64,000 bases of DNA, from IMG/VR virus record IMGVR_UViG_3300046370_000603; one strand, given 5' to 3'. This DNA comes from a virus. Under the pieces are notes generated by a model. The model made no database searches, was not told the DNA's origin, and saw only the letters and a program-made list of their open reading frames with translations. The position numbers and the translations under genes were made by a program. This document shows positions 53,681 to 64,000 of this stretch, piece after piece (positions within the stretch are counted from its first letter, which is position 1; each line of letters opens with the position of its first letter).

Positions 53681-54409
53681 ATGCCAAGACGAAAAAAACC
53701 TGAAATTACTAATGATCAGGATATTGAAAATATAGTAGGTACTATTGGAAAAACTAAAATAAAAACACACAAAATTAGTTTTACCGATAAACAAACTGAG
53801 TTATTAAAAATCATATTTGATAGAAATACTAAAATAGTTTTTGTTAGTGGTCCTGCGGGCACTAGTAAAACTTTTATGGCTATATACGGCGCTATACAGC
53901 TGTTTAATATGAATAATGACTACTCTATTGGATATGTTCGAACAATTATAGAAAGTGCAGATAGAGGCATGGGCGCCCTTCCTGGTAACGTAGATGAAAA
54001 GTTCTGTCCTTTCATGATGCCTTTAACCGACAAGCTTTATGAACTTAGCCCAGCGTCCGACGCAAAAAAAATGATTGACAAGGAAATAGTAAAAGCTATG
54101 CCAATAAATTATTTACGGGGAGCTAGTTTTAAAGATCAGATCATTATAGCTGATGAATCACAAAATTTCACAACAAAAGAACTAATTACTTTAATTACTA
54201 GAATTGGCGAAAATACCAAACTAATAATTTGCGGCGACTCTATGCAAGCTGATATTAATGGAAAGAGCGGCTTTAACCCAATCAAAGATCTTTTTAGTAA
54301 TGAAGCAAGTGAAAAGCAAGGTATATATAATTTCGAGTTTGATTATAAAGATATAAAACGTAGCGAAATATTAAAATATATAGTTAAAAAATTAGAGGAA
54401 TTAGATTAA
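53681..54409 (+). CDS. phoH: PhoH-family ATPase
   Basis: GPAGTSKT, G.LPG...EK, YLRGASF, IADESQN, ITRIGENTK..CGD..QAD. Confidence 0.92.
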   Translation: MPRRKKPEITNDQDIENIVGTIGKTKIKTHKISFTDKQTELLKIIFDRNTKIVFVSGPAGTSKTFMAIYGAIQLFNMNNDYSIGYVRTIIESADRGMGALPGNVDEKFCPFMMPLTDKLYELSPASDAKKMIDKEIVKAMPINYLRGASFKDQIIIADESQNFTTKELITLITRIGENTKLIICGDSMQADINGKSGFNPIKDLFSNEASEKQGIYNFEFDYKDIKRSEILKYIVKKLEELD

Positions 54410-54484
54410 TTTCCTTTTAAAATTATTTAGTGTAATAATCTATATGGAGATTATTAACAATAATAACAAGAAAGCGGGAACAAT

Positions 54485-55267
54485 ATGATTGCAGTTCATC
54501 ATAGAGGTTCAACGGGAAATATTTTTTTGCAGCTTATGCGGGCAATAAGAGTTTCGAAAGAGCGCAATATGCCAATCAAGAATTTATGGACTACTTATCG
54601 TGGAGCGCCTACAGGTCATTGGAACGAATCAATGTACAATAATTTTGTAAGTTTTGAAAATCCAATTGCGGAACCAAATGCCTCAATAGAGTATAAGGCC
54701 GAATATTTTTATCAAGACCCAAAAGATATAAAATGGATTTTAGATAATACAGATTCGATATTAAAAACTCGTCCTCCACTAAGGCAAGGAGTATTTGTTC
54801 ATGCTAGATTAGGAGACATTGTACATGCTCCACACTACGTAAGCTCCTTAAAAGGAGATCTAGAGCCTTTTAGGAAAGCTAGCAAATCGAATAAAAACCA
54901 AAGTTTTGAATATTTTTGCAAAGCCATCGAGCAATGTTCACACTCTAGAAGATTTAATACGCCAGGTCATCCTGAAGGTTATATATCAACTAACCCTCAA
55001 TCGGTAAATTGCATTTTAATAAAAGCCCTTGTTGAAAAATATAACCTCAAGGTTTATACGCAAGATGTAGAATCTACTATAGATTTTGGTAGCCAATTTT
55101 CCCATAAAGTTTTATCAACTGGAACCTTCAGTTTGATGATTGGGCTACTTGGGCAAAAATGTACAAAAATACTTTTACCTAATCCCGAATTGTACCATCA
55201 ATGGCATCCAGATTTTATCTCATTTTTAGATGCCTATAGACATAACTTTCAAATTGTAAATGGATAA
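54485..55267 (+). CDS. GT11 (alpha-1,2-fucosyltransferase)-like protein
   Basis: G.TGN..LQ, VHARLGD, STGTFS..IG. Confidence 0.6.
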   Translation: MIAVHHRGSTGNIFLQLMRAIRVSKERNMPIKNLWTTYRGAPTGHWNESMYNNFVSFENPIAEPNASIEYKAEYFYQDPKDIKWILDNTDSILKTRPPLRQGVFVHARLGDIVHAPHYVSSLKGDLEPFRKASKSNKNQSFEYFCKAIEQCSHSRRFNTPGHPEGYISTNPQSVNCILIKALVEKYNLKVYTQDVESTIDFGSQFSHKVLSTGTFSLMIGLLGQKCTKILLPNPELYHQWHPDFISFLDAYRHNFQIVNG

Positions 55268-55743
55268 CCAATTTATTGAAAATCAATTTGTTAGTTTTAC
55301 ATACGATGGTAAAGAATTACGTGGAGAAATTATAAAAATATATACTCAAATTGGCTTTTCTGAACACGGACAAACATTCGCTATTATAAGAATCGAAGGG
55401 CAAAAAGGATTGTTCAATAAAAATACATTAAGAATTGAAATTAATGAACTTGCAAATATTGCGCGACTACACTAAAAATTGAAAAAAGATAAAAAAAAGA
55501 TATAATATATATTATGGAAATCATAATTTCTTCTGTAGTTGGTGCAATTTCTGCAATTGTTGTTGCAATTATTCACAATAAAGCTATTGAGAGGAAGAAA
55601 AGTCAAACTTGCGACAGAATAATCAATACCCTAAACGTAGATAATAAAAATATTTATATTATCGACTCGAAAGAAGAAGAGCGCGGCAAGCAACCAATGC
55701 ATTACTCAAAAGCAAGTACCGAAAAAATAATTTTTATAATAAA

Positions 55744-56049
55744 ATGAGCGTTAAATATTGTAAATCGTGTGGAGCTAAAAATAGCTACGTGGGTCTCGAA
55801 CCTAAGTTTTGTAGTAGCTGCGGGGCGCCTTTAAATCAAAGTTTAAAGAAAGTCTCAAGGGGCTCAATAGCAAATTCAAATATATCTGAAAGCTTAGTTA
55901 ATAATGATGATACAACCAATATAGATTTCGTACCTCATATAGGTAGATTGCAGTACGATATAGAAGTTTCTAATAAGAAAACTTTCACTTTTGAAGAAAT
56001 TGCTGGACGACCTTTAAATGAGTCAAAATCAACCGAAGAAGAGAGGTAG
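55744..56049 (+). CDS. Zinc-ribbon protein
   Basis: CKSCG...FCSSCG. Confidence 0.65.
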   Translation: MSVKYCKSCGAKNSYVGLEPKFCSSCGAPLNQSLKKVSRGSIANSNISESLVNNDDTTNIDFVPHIGRLQYDIEVSNKKTFTFEEIAGRPLNESKSTEEER

Positions 56050-56749
56050 GCCGAGAAAGATAACTTTTGTAGAAAAGTATGAGCATGTCTTAGAAAAAAT
56101 TGAATCTCGAAAGAAAAATTGGTTCTTAAATAGCTCAGGCTGGATTGGGTGGGAAGATGTTAAGCAAATTATCGCTACCCATATTTTTAATAAATGGCAC
56201 CTTTGGGACCAATCAAGAAATCTAGATCCTTGGTTGAATAGAATTATATCTAACCAGCTTAAAAATTTATTAAGAAATACTTACGGTAATTTTTTACGTC
56301 CATGCGCTAGATGTCCTTTTAATCTTAACGGCGCAATTGATAACATTAATGAATCAAACAATACATGCACGTGGACGAAAAGCGGAAAACAAGATTGCAC
56401 TTGTCCTTTATTCAAGAAATGGAATAAAAGTAAAAAACATTCTTTTCATATAAATACTGCATCAAGTATAGATGTAGATGATTTTCAAGAGAAATGTAGA
56501 AATAGTTTTGATATTGATGTAGCTAGTCAAAAATTGCATAAATTAATGAAAAAAAGTTTAAGTGAAAAACAATATAGAATATATGAAATGTTATATATTA
56601 AAAATTTAGATATAAATAAAGCTGCAGAAGAGTTGGGTTACAAAACAAGCGAGAAGGGGCGCAGCGCGGGGTACAAACAAATTAAAAACTTTGAAAAAAT
56701 ATTTAAAAAACTAGCTAAAAAGCTAATAGAAAAAAATGATATAATATGA
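56018..56749 (+). CDS. Phage sigma70-like factor with Cys-rich insert
   Basis: WEDVKQ..KWHLWD..PWLNRIISNQLKN (region 2-like); LSEKQYRIY..AAEELGY (region 4-like HTH). Confidence 0.6.
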   Translation: MSQNQPKKRGRPRKITFVEKYEHVLEKIESRKKNWFLNSSGWIGWEDVKQIIATHIFNKWHLWDQSRNLDPWLNRIISNQLKNLLRNTYGNFLRPCARCPFNLNGAIDNINESNNTCTWTKSGKQDCTCPLFKKWNKSKKHSFHINTASSIDVDDFQEKCRNSFDIDVASQKLHKLMKKSLSEKQYRIYEMLYIKNLDINKAAEELGYKTSEKGRSAGYKQIKNFEKIFKKLAKKLIEKNDII

Positions 56750-57795
56750 AGCTAACAAAACAACAACAAAAATTTATCACAGATAACGCTGATAAGATTA
56801 GCGATTTAATCGAATTGACTAGGCAGACTTTTAATAACGAAAAGCTAGACGGGCGAACCAAAGAAGGTAGAGCTGTTAGAAAATTTTTAGTAGATAATAA
56901 CTTAAAATACAAAACTACAGAAAAAGAAAAAAGGGAAGAAATAGAGTTTAATCAAGAACAAAGAGAATTCATAATTCAGTATGCCAAAGAAGGAATGAGT
57001 GCCTATGAGATATCTAAAGTTCTGTTTCCTGAGGTTAACGTAACCAACTTAAGTAAAGAGGTTCTGGAAATAGCAAAGTTCATCGAAGATATAGATTTTA
57101 AATTATTGCATCCTAATGAAAGCGCTATGAATGCTCAGTATTTCGCGCCCAAATCAATTTCTAGAGTTTTAAAAAAAGTTAATGAATATTGTCAGCAAGA
57201 ACTAACAGAAAAAGAGTTAACTCGTAATGATTTAGATAATCTTGAGAGTACCTTGCGTTTTTTAGCTGCTCCCAGGTTTATTCAAGTTATCAACACGTAT
57301 AGCGCTATGGATGATAGAACGTTATTTGAAGCTGAGTATATAAGATCTGTATGGGATAAACCAGACTTAACAAGTGATGAATTAAATTTATATATTAATG
57401 TTTGCATGGATTATATACATTTAAAAAATATAAGTAGAGCTATAGATAAATTAAATAGAATGTTTGAAGATTGTGAAGATCAACAAGATATGACTGTTAG
57501 ATTAGCAGAATTATTAAAAACAAAGAGTGAGGAATATAATCAATGTGAAAAGAGACAAGAGACATTAATAGCAAGATTAAATGGAGATAGAAAAGAAAGA
57601 ATAAAAAATAAACATAAAGATAATGCATCTATATTATCATTAGTTAGAGTATTTCAAAATGAAAATGATAGACAACGAATGGTAGACATGGCAGAGAAGC
57701 AAAAACTACTAATTGAGCAGGAAGCGTCCAATTTAGAGAATATGGACATCTGGAAGGCTAGAGTATTAGGAATATCCAAAGAAGACGTTCTATGA
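56746..57795 (+). CDS. Hypothetical protein with HTH-like segment and coiled coils (possible small terminase or regulator)
   Basis: EGMSAYEISK HTH-like segment; lies upstream of TerL. Confidence 0.3.
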   Translation: MKLTKQQQKFITDNADKISDLIELTRQTFNNEKLDGRTKEGRAVRKFLVDNNLKYKTTEKEKREEIEFNQEQREFIIQYAKEGMSAYEISKVLFPEVNVTNLSKEVLEIAKFIEDIDFKLLHPNESAMNAQYFAPKSISRVLKKVNEYCQQELTEKELTRNDLDNLESTLRFLAAPRFIQVINTYSAMDDRTLFEAEYIRSVWDKPDLTSDELNLYINVCMDYIHLKNISRAIDKLNRMFEDCEDQQDMTVRLAELLKTKSEEYNQCEKRQETLIARLNGDRKERIKNKHKDNASILSLVRVFQNENDRQRMVDMAEKQKLLIEQEASNLENMDIWKARVLGISKEDVL

Positions 57796-57893
57796 GGCTG
57801 TACAGGGAGTTTTCGCGGTATTTAAATCTCTTGTTGCCATTAAGGCAATTGGAGAGTTTCTATCTTTCTTAAACATAAACAGATTTTATTACG

Positions 57894-58823
57894 GTGAGTG
57901 TAAAATGTAAAATATGCGGAGCAGAGTTTAAAACTGAGCGTTCCTTGCACACTCACATCAAGGCGCATGGCATATTGTTGTCTGAATATTATATTACATA
58001 TTATCCTAGATATAATTTATATACAGGTGAGTTAATTCCTTTTAAAAATAAAGAACAATATTTTAATACATTTTTTTCTAATAATATTGAATTGGAGAAA
58101 TGGGCGGCGACAGCCGAACATGAGCATGTACAACAAATATTATTATTAATGTTAAAAAATAGAATAATTAGTAAAAATTTAAAATACGCGCCTAATCATT
58201 TAGAATTAAAATTACTTGAGTTACCTGAGATAAAGATATATAAAGAATTTTTTGGTTCATATAACGAAGCCTGTCGCAGGCTTCAGGTTGAACCATTATT
58301 AAATAAAAGTATAAAAAGTAAATTTTTAAAAGAAAATAAAAATTTAAATGAGTTAGAGATATTGATTGACACTAGAGAGCAGCAACCCCTTACCTTTAAA
58401 AATAGCATTTTACAAAAATTAGACTTTGGAGATTATACAGCTGCGGGAGAAATGTACAGCAGGACTTACATAGATAGAAAAAGTGAAACAGATTTTAAGT
58501 CTACAATGACTGTAGGTTACGATAGATTTTGTAACGAGATGGATAGGTGCGTCAGCTTTGACTCATTTATGTATATTGTCGTAGAAAGCTCAATAGAGAA
58601 AATAATCAGAAATAATAACTATGGAGCACATAAATCAAATTTAACTTTTGTATGGCACCAAATGAGACTTATATCTCATAATTTCGCAAAGAATTGCCAA
58701 TTCATTTTTTCAGGAGGGAGAAAACGATCAGAGAATTTAATTAAACTATTGTTACATGCAGGACCTGAAATGTGGAATAGTGACATCCAATATTACATAG
58801 ATAACAGAATATTAAATGTATGA
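57894..58823 (+). CDS. C2H2 zinc-finger plus ERCC4/XPF-type nuclease
   Basis: CKICG.EF....L.THIK.H; IDTREQ, DFGDY, IDRKS..DF. Confidence 0.75.
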   Translation: MSVKCKICGAEFKTERSLHTHIKAHGILLSEYYITYYPRYNLYTGELIPFKNKEQYFNTFFSNNIELEKWAATAEHEHVQQILLLMLKNRIISKNLKYAPNHLELKLLELPEIKIYKEFFGSYNEACRRLQVEPLLNKSIKSKFLKENKNLNELEILIDTREQQPLTFKNSILQKLDFGDYTAAGEMYSRTYIDRKSETDFKSTMTVGYDRFCNEMDRCVSFDSFMYIVVESSIEKIIRNNNYGAHKSNLTFVWHQMRLISHNFAKNCQFIFSGGRKRSENLIKLLLHAGPEMWNSDIQYYIDNRILNV

Positions 58824-59257
58824 AAAAAGAAATTAAAATTGTATTAATAGATTTAGATAAAACACTGTGGAGATTTGACAGTTGGAATCAAGGTGTAGTC
58901 TCCGAAGAAAAACTTAGAAATTTTTTATTCCCAGAAGCTCTAGAGGCTATAGAATTAATTAAAAATAAAGGTTACAAGATAGGTATAGCATCTGCCAGCC
59001 CTTCGTCAACAATTTGTCATATTTATTTAGATAAATTATTTCCAAAAGATTATTTTGATATAATAATTATTCACCCTACATACCCATATAAAACTTATCA
59101 CTTTAATCAAGTTGTAGAAAAATTTGGTTATAGTTATAATAATATATTAATGATTGATGATTTAGAACCTATTATCGAGAACGCTAAAGCTTTAGGGGTT
59201 CAAACAATTCACGCAAAATCAGGATTATCAAAAAACTCTATAATTGACTTATTGTAA
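58820..59257 (+). CDS. HAD-superfamily phosphatase (MDP-1-like)
   Basis: DLDKTLW, IAS, K, MIDD. Confidence 0.75.
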   Translation: MKKEIKIVLIDLDKTLWRFDSWNQGVVSEEKLRNFLFPEALEAIELIKNKGYKIGIASASPSSTICHIYLDKLFPKDYFDIIIIHPTYPYKTYHFNQVVEKFGYSYNNILMIDDLEPIIENAKALGVQTIHAKSGLSKNSIIDLL

Positions 59258-61116
59258 TGACTTGGGAACCAGGAATTCAAAAACGTAAAACACTTACAAA
59301 AGATGTAAACGAGGAGATTAAATCTTTAGAAGGATTTCTATCTGAAAACGAAGCTAAAATATTACTATATAAATTTTTAAGAGAAAATATCACTTTTAGC
59401 ACAAACTTAATAGCTGGAGTGGATTTATTTCCTTTTCAGCACATGGCTATTAAGGCTATGTTTGAATCAGATTATTTTTTAGGTATATGGTCTCGAGGAA
59501 TGTCCAAGTCCTGGACAACGGGGATTTTTGCCTTTATGGACGCCATTATGAACCAAGGTGTGGATATCGGTATATTATCAAAATCTTTTAGGCAAGCAAA
59601 AATGATTTTTAAAAAAATTGAGGATATTGCAGCCAAACCTGAAGCTAAATACTTAGCAAATTGTATAACAAGAGTTTCTAAACAAAACGACGAATGGGTC
59701 ATGGAGATAGGATCTAGTTCAATTAGAGCGTTGCCTCTGGGTGACGGTTCCAAGCTTAGAGGTTTTAGGTTTCATAGAATTATTATCGATGAGATGCTAC
59801 TCATGCCTGAGAGAGTTTACAACGAAGTTATTGTGCCATTCTTGTCTGTCGTTCAAAACCCAAAAGAACGAGAGGATATGTATAACCTTGAAACAAAGCT
59901 GATTAAACAAGGCAAAATGAAAGAAGAAGATAGATATGTGTGGCCTAACAATAAATTGATTATGCTATCTTCAGCTAGTTACAAATTTGAATATTTATAC
60001 AAATTATATGAAAACTTCGAACAACTTATATTAAATGAGAATGACAGTAATGCAAATAGATCTATAATGCATTTCTCATATGACTGCGCCCCGAAACAAT
60101 TGTATGACCAGAATCTAGTTGAACAAGCTAAATCAACAATGAGCCAAAGTCAGTATGACCGAGAGTTTGGAGCAATTTTTACTGACGATAGCTCAGGATA
60201 CTTTAAAATATCAACAATGCAAGAGTGTACCATTCCAGAAGGGTCTGCGCCAAGTGTTGAAGTAAAAGGGCTGGAGGGTGATAAATATATATTAGCATTT
60301 GACCCGAGTTGGGCAGAGTCCGAAAGTTCTGACGATTTTGCCATGCAAGTTTTTAAGCTTAGTGAAAAAACTGGTGTCGCAACCTTAGTTCACGTTTACG
60401 CTATGGCTGGAGAGAGTTTAAAAAATCATATTAATTATTTTTATTATTTATTAAATAATTTTAATATTGTTGCTATTGTAGGTGATTATAATGGAGGAGT
60501 TCAATTTATAAATGCTGTAAAGGAAAGTTCTTTATTTAAATCTTCTAATATTAAAATCAATATAATTGAAACAGAATTTGATGATTTAGAGAATTACCAA
60601 AAGTCTTTAAGAAGCGCTAAAAGAGAATTTGCTAAAGAAGGATTACCTTGCATACTCAGGAAACCTACTTCGGAATGGATACGCCGAGCCAATGAACTTC
60701 TTCAAGCTAATTTTGACCACAAAAGAATATGGTTCGCTTCACAAGCTATAGACGATCATTTTCAGTCTCAAAGAAGAAAAAAAATTCCAATTAAAAATCT
60801 AAGGTTTATGAATTTCGCTGAAGAAGAAGAGAAACAAAGCGATGGCGCTAAAATGATAGATTTAATTGAACATCAATACGATATGATATCGTATACAAAA
60901 GGACAGTGCGCGTTAATTGAAGTGCGTTCTTCGCCCCAAGGAAATCAAACTTTTGATTTGCCATTAACCTTAAAGAAAACAACTGGCCCGAGTAAAGCCA
61001 GAAAAGACTGCTACTCAGCATTAGTTTTGGGAAGCTGGATGATTAAGATATACTCAGACATTCATCACTTTAAAGACGAGACTTTAAATACGTTTGTGCC
61101 AATGTTCATAAAGTAA
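59257..61116 (+). CDS. terL: Terminase large subunit
   Basis: LFPFQ, SRGMSKS Walker A, LRG.R...IIIDE Walker B, LSSA, nuclease domain AFDP..DD..KD.YSAL. Confidence 0.85.
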   Translation: MTWEPGIQKRKTLTKDVNEEIKSLEGFLSENEAKILLYKFLRENITFSTNLIAGVDLFPFQHMAIKAMFESDYFLGIWSRGMSKSWTTGIFAFMDAIMNQGVDIGILSKSFRQAKMIFKKIEDIAAKPEAKYLANCITRVSKQNDEWVMEIGSSSIRALPLGDGSKLRGFRFHRIIIDEMLLMPERVYNEVIVPFLSVVQNPKEREDMYNLETKLIKQGKMKEEDRYVWPNNKLIMLSSASYKFEYLYKLYENFEQLILNENDSNANRSIMHFSYDCAPKQLYDQNLVEQAKSTMSQSQYDREFGAIFTDDSSGYFKISTMQECTIPEGSAPSVEVKGLEGDKYILAFDPSWAESESSDDFAMQVFKLSEKTGVATLVHVYAMAGESLKNHINYFYYLLNNFNIVAIVGDYNGGVQFINAVKESSLFKSSNIKINIIETEFDDLENYQKSLRSAKREFAKEGLPCILRKPTSEWIRRANELLQANFDHKRIWFASQAIDDHFQSQRRKKIPIKNLRFMNFAEEEEKQSDGAKMIDLIEHQYDMISYTKGQCALIEVRSSPQGNQTFDLPLTLKKTTGPSKARKDCYSALVLGSWMIKIYSDIHHFKDETLNTFVPMFIK

Positions 61117-61158
61117 CTTTTAAGTTGACTTTGTAACTTTTAGGTGTATCATGTATGA

Positions 61159-63234
61159 GTGAGCGCGCCAAAAAAAAGAAAATACGAAAAAAAATCTAGC
61201 TACTGGAAGAAATTTGAAAACAAAACTCAAGCTTCTGCTCCAGAAGTAAATAGCAGTGTGGAACCAATGCTTTGTGGTGACAACTATTACACGAGCAACG
61301 CAAGCAACACACAGAAACCTCAATTGTTTGAAACAAAAAGTAGTTGTAATACTGTAAGCGATGCCTTAAGAGGCGCAGATAGAGCGACTACAGGAATGCG
61401 AGGCAGATATGGGTCAAAAGTTAAATCAGATAAATATAAAAATATTGCAGAAGGGTTATTGCCGTATAATATTAACGTCGATGGTGTTGACGTAAGAGAA
61501 TCTATAGAGCTGTGCCAAAAGGCGTATGCAAATATTCCAATCTTTAGAAATGCTATAGATGTTATGTCTGAATTCTCAAATTCAGAAATCTACCTAGAAG
61601 GGGGTAGTGAAAACGCTAGAAACTTTATATATAAATGGTTTGAAAAAATTAATCTTTGGAAACTAAAAGATCAATACTTTAGAGAGTATTATAGGAGTGG
61701 GAATATTTTCTTTTATAGAATTGATGGTGAATTTTCAAAAGAAGATGTTTTAAAGTTAAATAAAATTTACGGTAGCGCAAATCATAAATATCTTGATCCA
61801 GAAAAAATACCTGTTAGATATATTTTACTAAATCCATATGATATTGTTGCCTCAAGAACCAGTTCCTTTAGTGAAGGAGTTTACAAAAAAGTTTTATCAG
61901 AGTACGAATTAGAAAAATTAAAAAACCCAACAAACGAAGAAGATCAAAAAATATTTGATTCTTTGCCTCCAGAAGTCCAACAAAAAATTTCTAAAAACAG
62001 TTATCATAGAACGGGAGTATTAATACCTCTAGATCCTGAAAAAATAATATATTCTTTTTATAAAAAACAAGACTATGAGCCATTTGCAACTCCTTTTGGA
62101 TTTCCTGTATTAGATGACTTAAATTGGAAAATAGAATTAAAAAAAATTGATCAAGCTATTAGCAGAACAATAGAAAACGTGGTTCTCTTAATAACAATGG
62201 GAGCTGAACCAGATAAAGGCGGAATAAATCCTCATAGCATGAGTGCAATGCAATGCTTGTTTCAGAACGAAAGTGTTGGTAGGGTTTTAGTTAGTGACTA
62301 TACCACAAAGGCTGATTTCGTTATTCCAGATGTTAATAAAATATTAGGTCCACAAAAATACGAAATCGTCAATCAAGATATTCGAGAGGGTTTGCAAAAC
62401 ATTATCGTCGGAAAAGAAAATTACTCAAGTACCCAAATTAAAGCTCAAATATTTTTGGAAAGATTGAAGGAAGCTCGGAATGCTTTTATTAATGATTTCA
62501 TAATGCCACAAGTAAAAGTTTTATGTAAAAATATGGGATTCAGAAAATATCCTACAGTTAAATTTCAAGAAGTCGATATTAAAGATGAAGTGCAATTTCA
62601 AAGGGTAATCACTAGATTGTTAGAAATTGGAGTTATCTCTCCAGAACAAGGTATGGATTCCATAAGAACGGGGTTGTTTCCAAACGCAGACACTTTACAA
62701 CCAGCTCAAGAAAAATATTTAGAAGATCGAGAAAAGGGTATGTATAATCCATTGATTGGTGGAGTACCTTTGGTTGAAGCTCCTGGAGCTGAGGAAGAAA
62801 GAGATTTAAAAGAAAAGCAAATTAATAAGATCGCAAAACAATCTTCTGTTAACAACGCTCCAAATAATCAACAGGAAAAACCTCCTAAAGAAGTTGGCAG
62901 ACCGACTGGAGCAACTGCAAAAACATTATATTCTAGAAAAAATCTTCAGTCAACTGTTTACGATATTGAAAAATTAAGATCCTTTGCAACAACAAAAATA
63001 AAAAATAAATTTAAAGTTAAAAGACTCAACAAGCAGCAAACAGAAACTTTAGACAGTTTGATTGAAGCTGTTGTAGTGTCAAATCATAAAAAAGACTGGG
63101 AAAAGCAAATTGAGGCATGCATTAAAAACCCAGAAAAAATTGAGCAGTGCTCAGCGCTCCCTGAGATATTAAATGTATCTTCTGCGCATCAGTTGACTGA
63201 TTATCCAGCGGCAATACTTTTTCATAGTAAATAA
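61159..63234 (+). CDS. Probable portal protein
   Basis: 691 aa directly after TerL; Y..IPIFRNAID.M, REYYRSGN.F.Y, GRP tail typical of portals. Confidence 0.7.
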   Translation: MSAPKKRKYEKKSSYWKKFENKTQASAPEVNSSVEPMLCGDNYYTSNASNTQKPQLFETKSSCNTVSDALRGADRATTGMRGRYGSKVKSDKYKNIAEGLLPYNINVDGVDVRESIELCQKAYANIPIFRNAIDVMSEFSNSEIYLEGGSENARNFIYKWFEKINLWKLKDQYFREYYRSGNIFFYRIDGEFSKEDVLKLNKIYGSANHKYLDPEKIPVRYILLNPYDIVASRTSSFSEGVYKKVLSEYELEKLKNPTNEEDQKIFDSLPPEVQQKISKNSYHRTGVLIPLDPEKIIYSFYKKQDYEPFATPFGFPVLDDLNWKIELKKIDQAISRTIENVVLLITMGAEPDKGGINPHSMSAMQCLFQNESVGRVLVSDYTTKADFVIPDVNKILGPQKYEIVNQDIREGLQNIIVGKENYSSTQIKAQIFLERLKEARNAFINDFIMPQVKVLCKNMGFRKYPTVKFQEVDIKDEVQFQRVITRLLEIGVISPEQGMDSIRTGLFPNADTLQPAQEKYLEDREKGMYNPLIGGVPLVEAPGAEEERDLKEKQINKIAKQSSVNNAPNNQQEKPPKEVGRPTGATAKTLYSRKNLQSTVYDIEKLRSFATTKIKNKFKVKRLNKQQTETLDSLIEAVVVSNHKKDWEKQIEACIKNPEKIEQCSALPEILNVSSAHQLTDYPAAILFHSK

Positions 63235-63272
63235 TTTTTCATTTAATTTTTTTTTGCGTGTATTAGCATGGT

Positions 63273-63878
63273 ATGCCTATGCAAAAAATTTATATTGATT
63301 TATCTAACAGAATTAAAAATCATGATTTGTTTTGTAATTGTGATGAAGAAGGTGTTGCTATCACCAACGAGATTTGGGCCGAGGAAAAGAATAAAGGGAA
63401 AAAATTAAACAAACCTTTTCGAACTCCAGGCGGACCAAAAAAGTTTTCAGTCTATGTTAAAAATGAAAAAGGTAACGTAGTAAAAGTTAACTTTGGTGAT
63501 CCAAACATGTCTATTAAGCGAGATAACCCAGAAAGAAGAAAAGCTTTTAGGGCAAGACATAATTGCTCAAACCCTGGCCCTAAAACAAAAGCTAGATACT
63601 GGTCATGCAGGCAATGGAGAGCTGGATCAAAAGTTCAAGGAGCAGAAGTATTTTTATCAGAGGAGCAGATTGAGGCAGTGATATTAGATGAGCTAGACGA
63701 ATCTGAAGGAAAGAAAAATAAACCTGGGCTTTGGGAAAATATCAGAAGAAAGAAAGCTAGAATGGGGAAAAATTACAAACCAGCTAAACCAGGCGATAAA
63801 GATTACCCTGATGAAAAATCTTTAAAGAAAGCTCAAAAATCTTCAAAAGATAAAAAAAAGAAAAGCGATAAAAAATGA
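63273..63878 (+). CDS. Basic conserved phage protein (possible head-associated)
   Basis: KKF.VYV..VKVNFGD.NM.I..D.P.RRK.FRARH.C..ARYWSC and GLWENIRRKK motifs. Confidence 0.55.
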   Translation: MPMQKIYIDLSNRIKNHDLFCNCDEEGVAITNEIWAEEKNKGKKLNKPFRTPGGPKKFSVYVKNEKGNVVKVNFGDPNMSIKRDNPERRKAFRARHNCSNPGPKTKARYWSCRQWRAGSKVQGAEVFLSEEQIEAVILDELDESEGKKNKPGLWENIRRKKARMGKNYKPAKPGDKDYPDEKSLKKAQKSSKDKKKKSDKK

Positions 63879-64000
63879 ACTTTAAATACAAGACTACATT
63901 TTCTGATAATTTAAAAATTGATCAATTAATATCAATTGCAAATTCTTATCAAAGTCAGGCATCTTTAGATAATTTACAAGATTTAATTCCTGGTGATATA
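63875..64000 (+). CDS. Start of next head-module gene (3'-truncated)
   Basis: ATG overlaps the previous stop; open to the window end (MNFKYKTTF...). Confidence 0.5.
   Translation, partial: MNFKYKTTFSDNLKIDQLISIANSYQSQASLDNLQDLIPGDI

Noticed and set aside
57800-57860. Intergenic hairpin TTGCC-ATTAA-GGCAA
   Set aside because: Short, imperfect, single copy and without a clear T tract; too weak to call.

Overview
AT-rich, gene-dense segment of a large dsDNA tailed-phage genome (TerL, probable portal, rIIA/rIIB, PhoH, two tRNAs, roughly 100 small hypothetical ORFs; host unknown). Layout: (1) 1-18 kb, glycan/heptose-biosynthesis and auxiliary metabolic genes (HldD, HldE-type nucleotidyltransferase, LhgO, glycosyltransferases, AdoMetDC, ATE/Bpt-like transferase, Cys-less QueF-like protein); (2) 18-40 kb, repair genes (RuvB, UvsE, macrodomain, MazG) and tiny early-type ORFs, ending in rIIA/rIIB; (3) 40-43 kb, AT-rich spacer and a promoter-to-terminator structured non-coding unit; (4) 43.2-53.5 kb, convergently transcribed small-gene modules separated by ten copies of a 71-72 bp dyad element; (5) 53.7-64 kb, PhoH, sigma-like factor, ZnF-ERCC4 nuclease, terminase and portal. 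Best candidate for an undescribed system: the ten-copy element. Each copy has two 25-bp palindromic arms made of back-to-back IHF-consensus sites around an invariant GGCWGCC core. It sits at gene ends (its TAA is often the stop codon), precedes a promoter at near-fixed spacing, and its left and right halves appear reassorted across the core, suggesting a cassette-shuffling and/or IHF-organised early region. No recombinase is visible in the window. The phage also appears to use mostly leaderless mRNAs from two promoter classes (TTG..ATG = 35 bp; GTGTA-N9/10-ATG). All calls come from motif recognition by eye; no searches were run.
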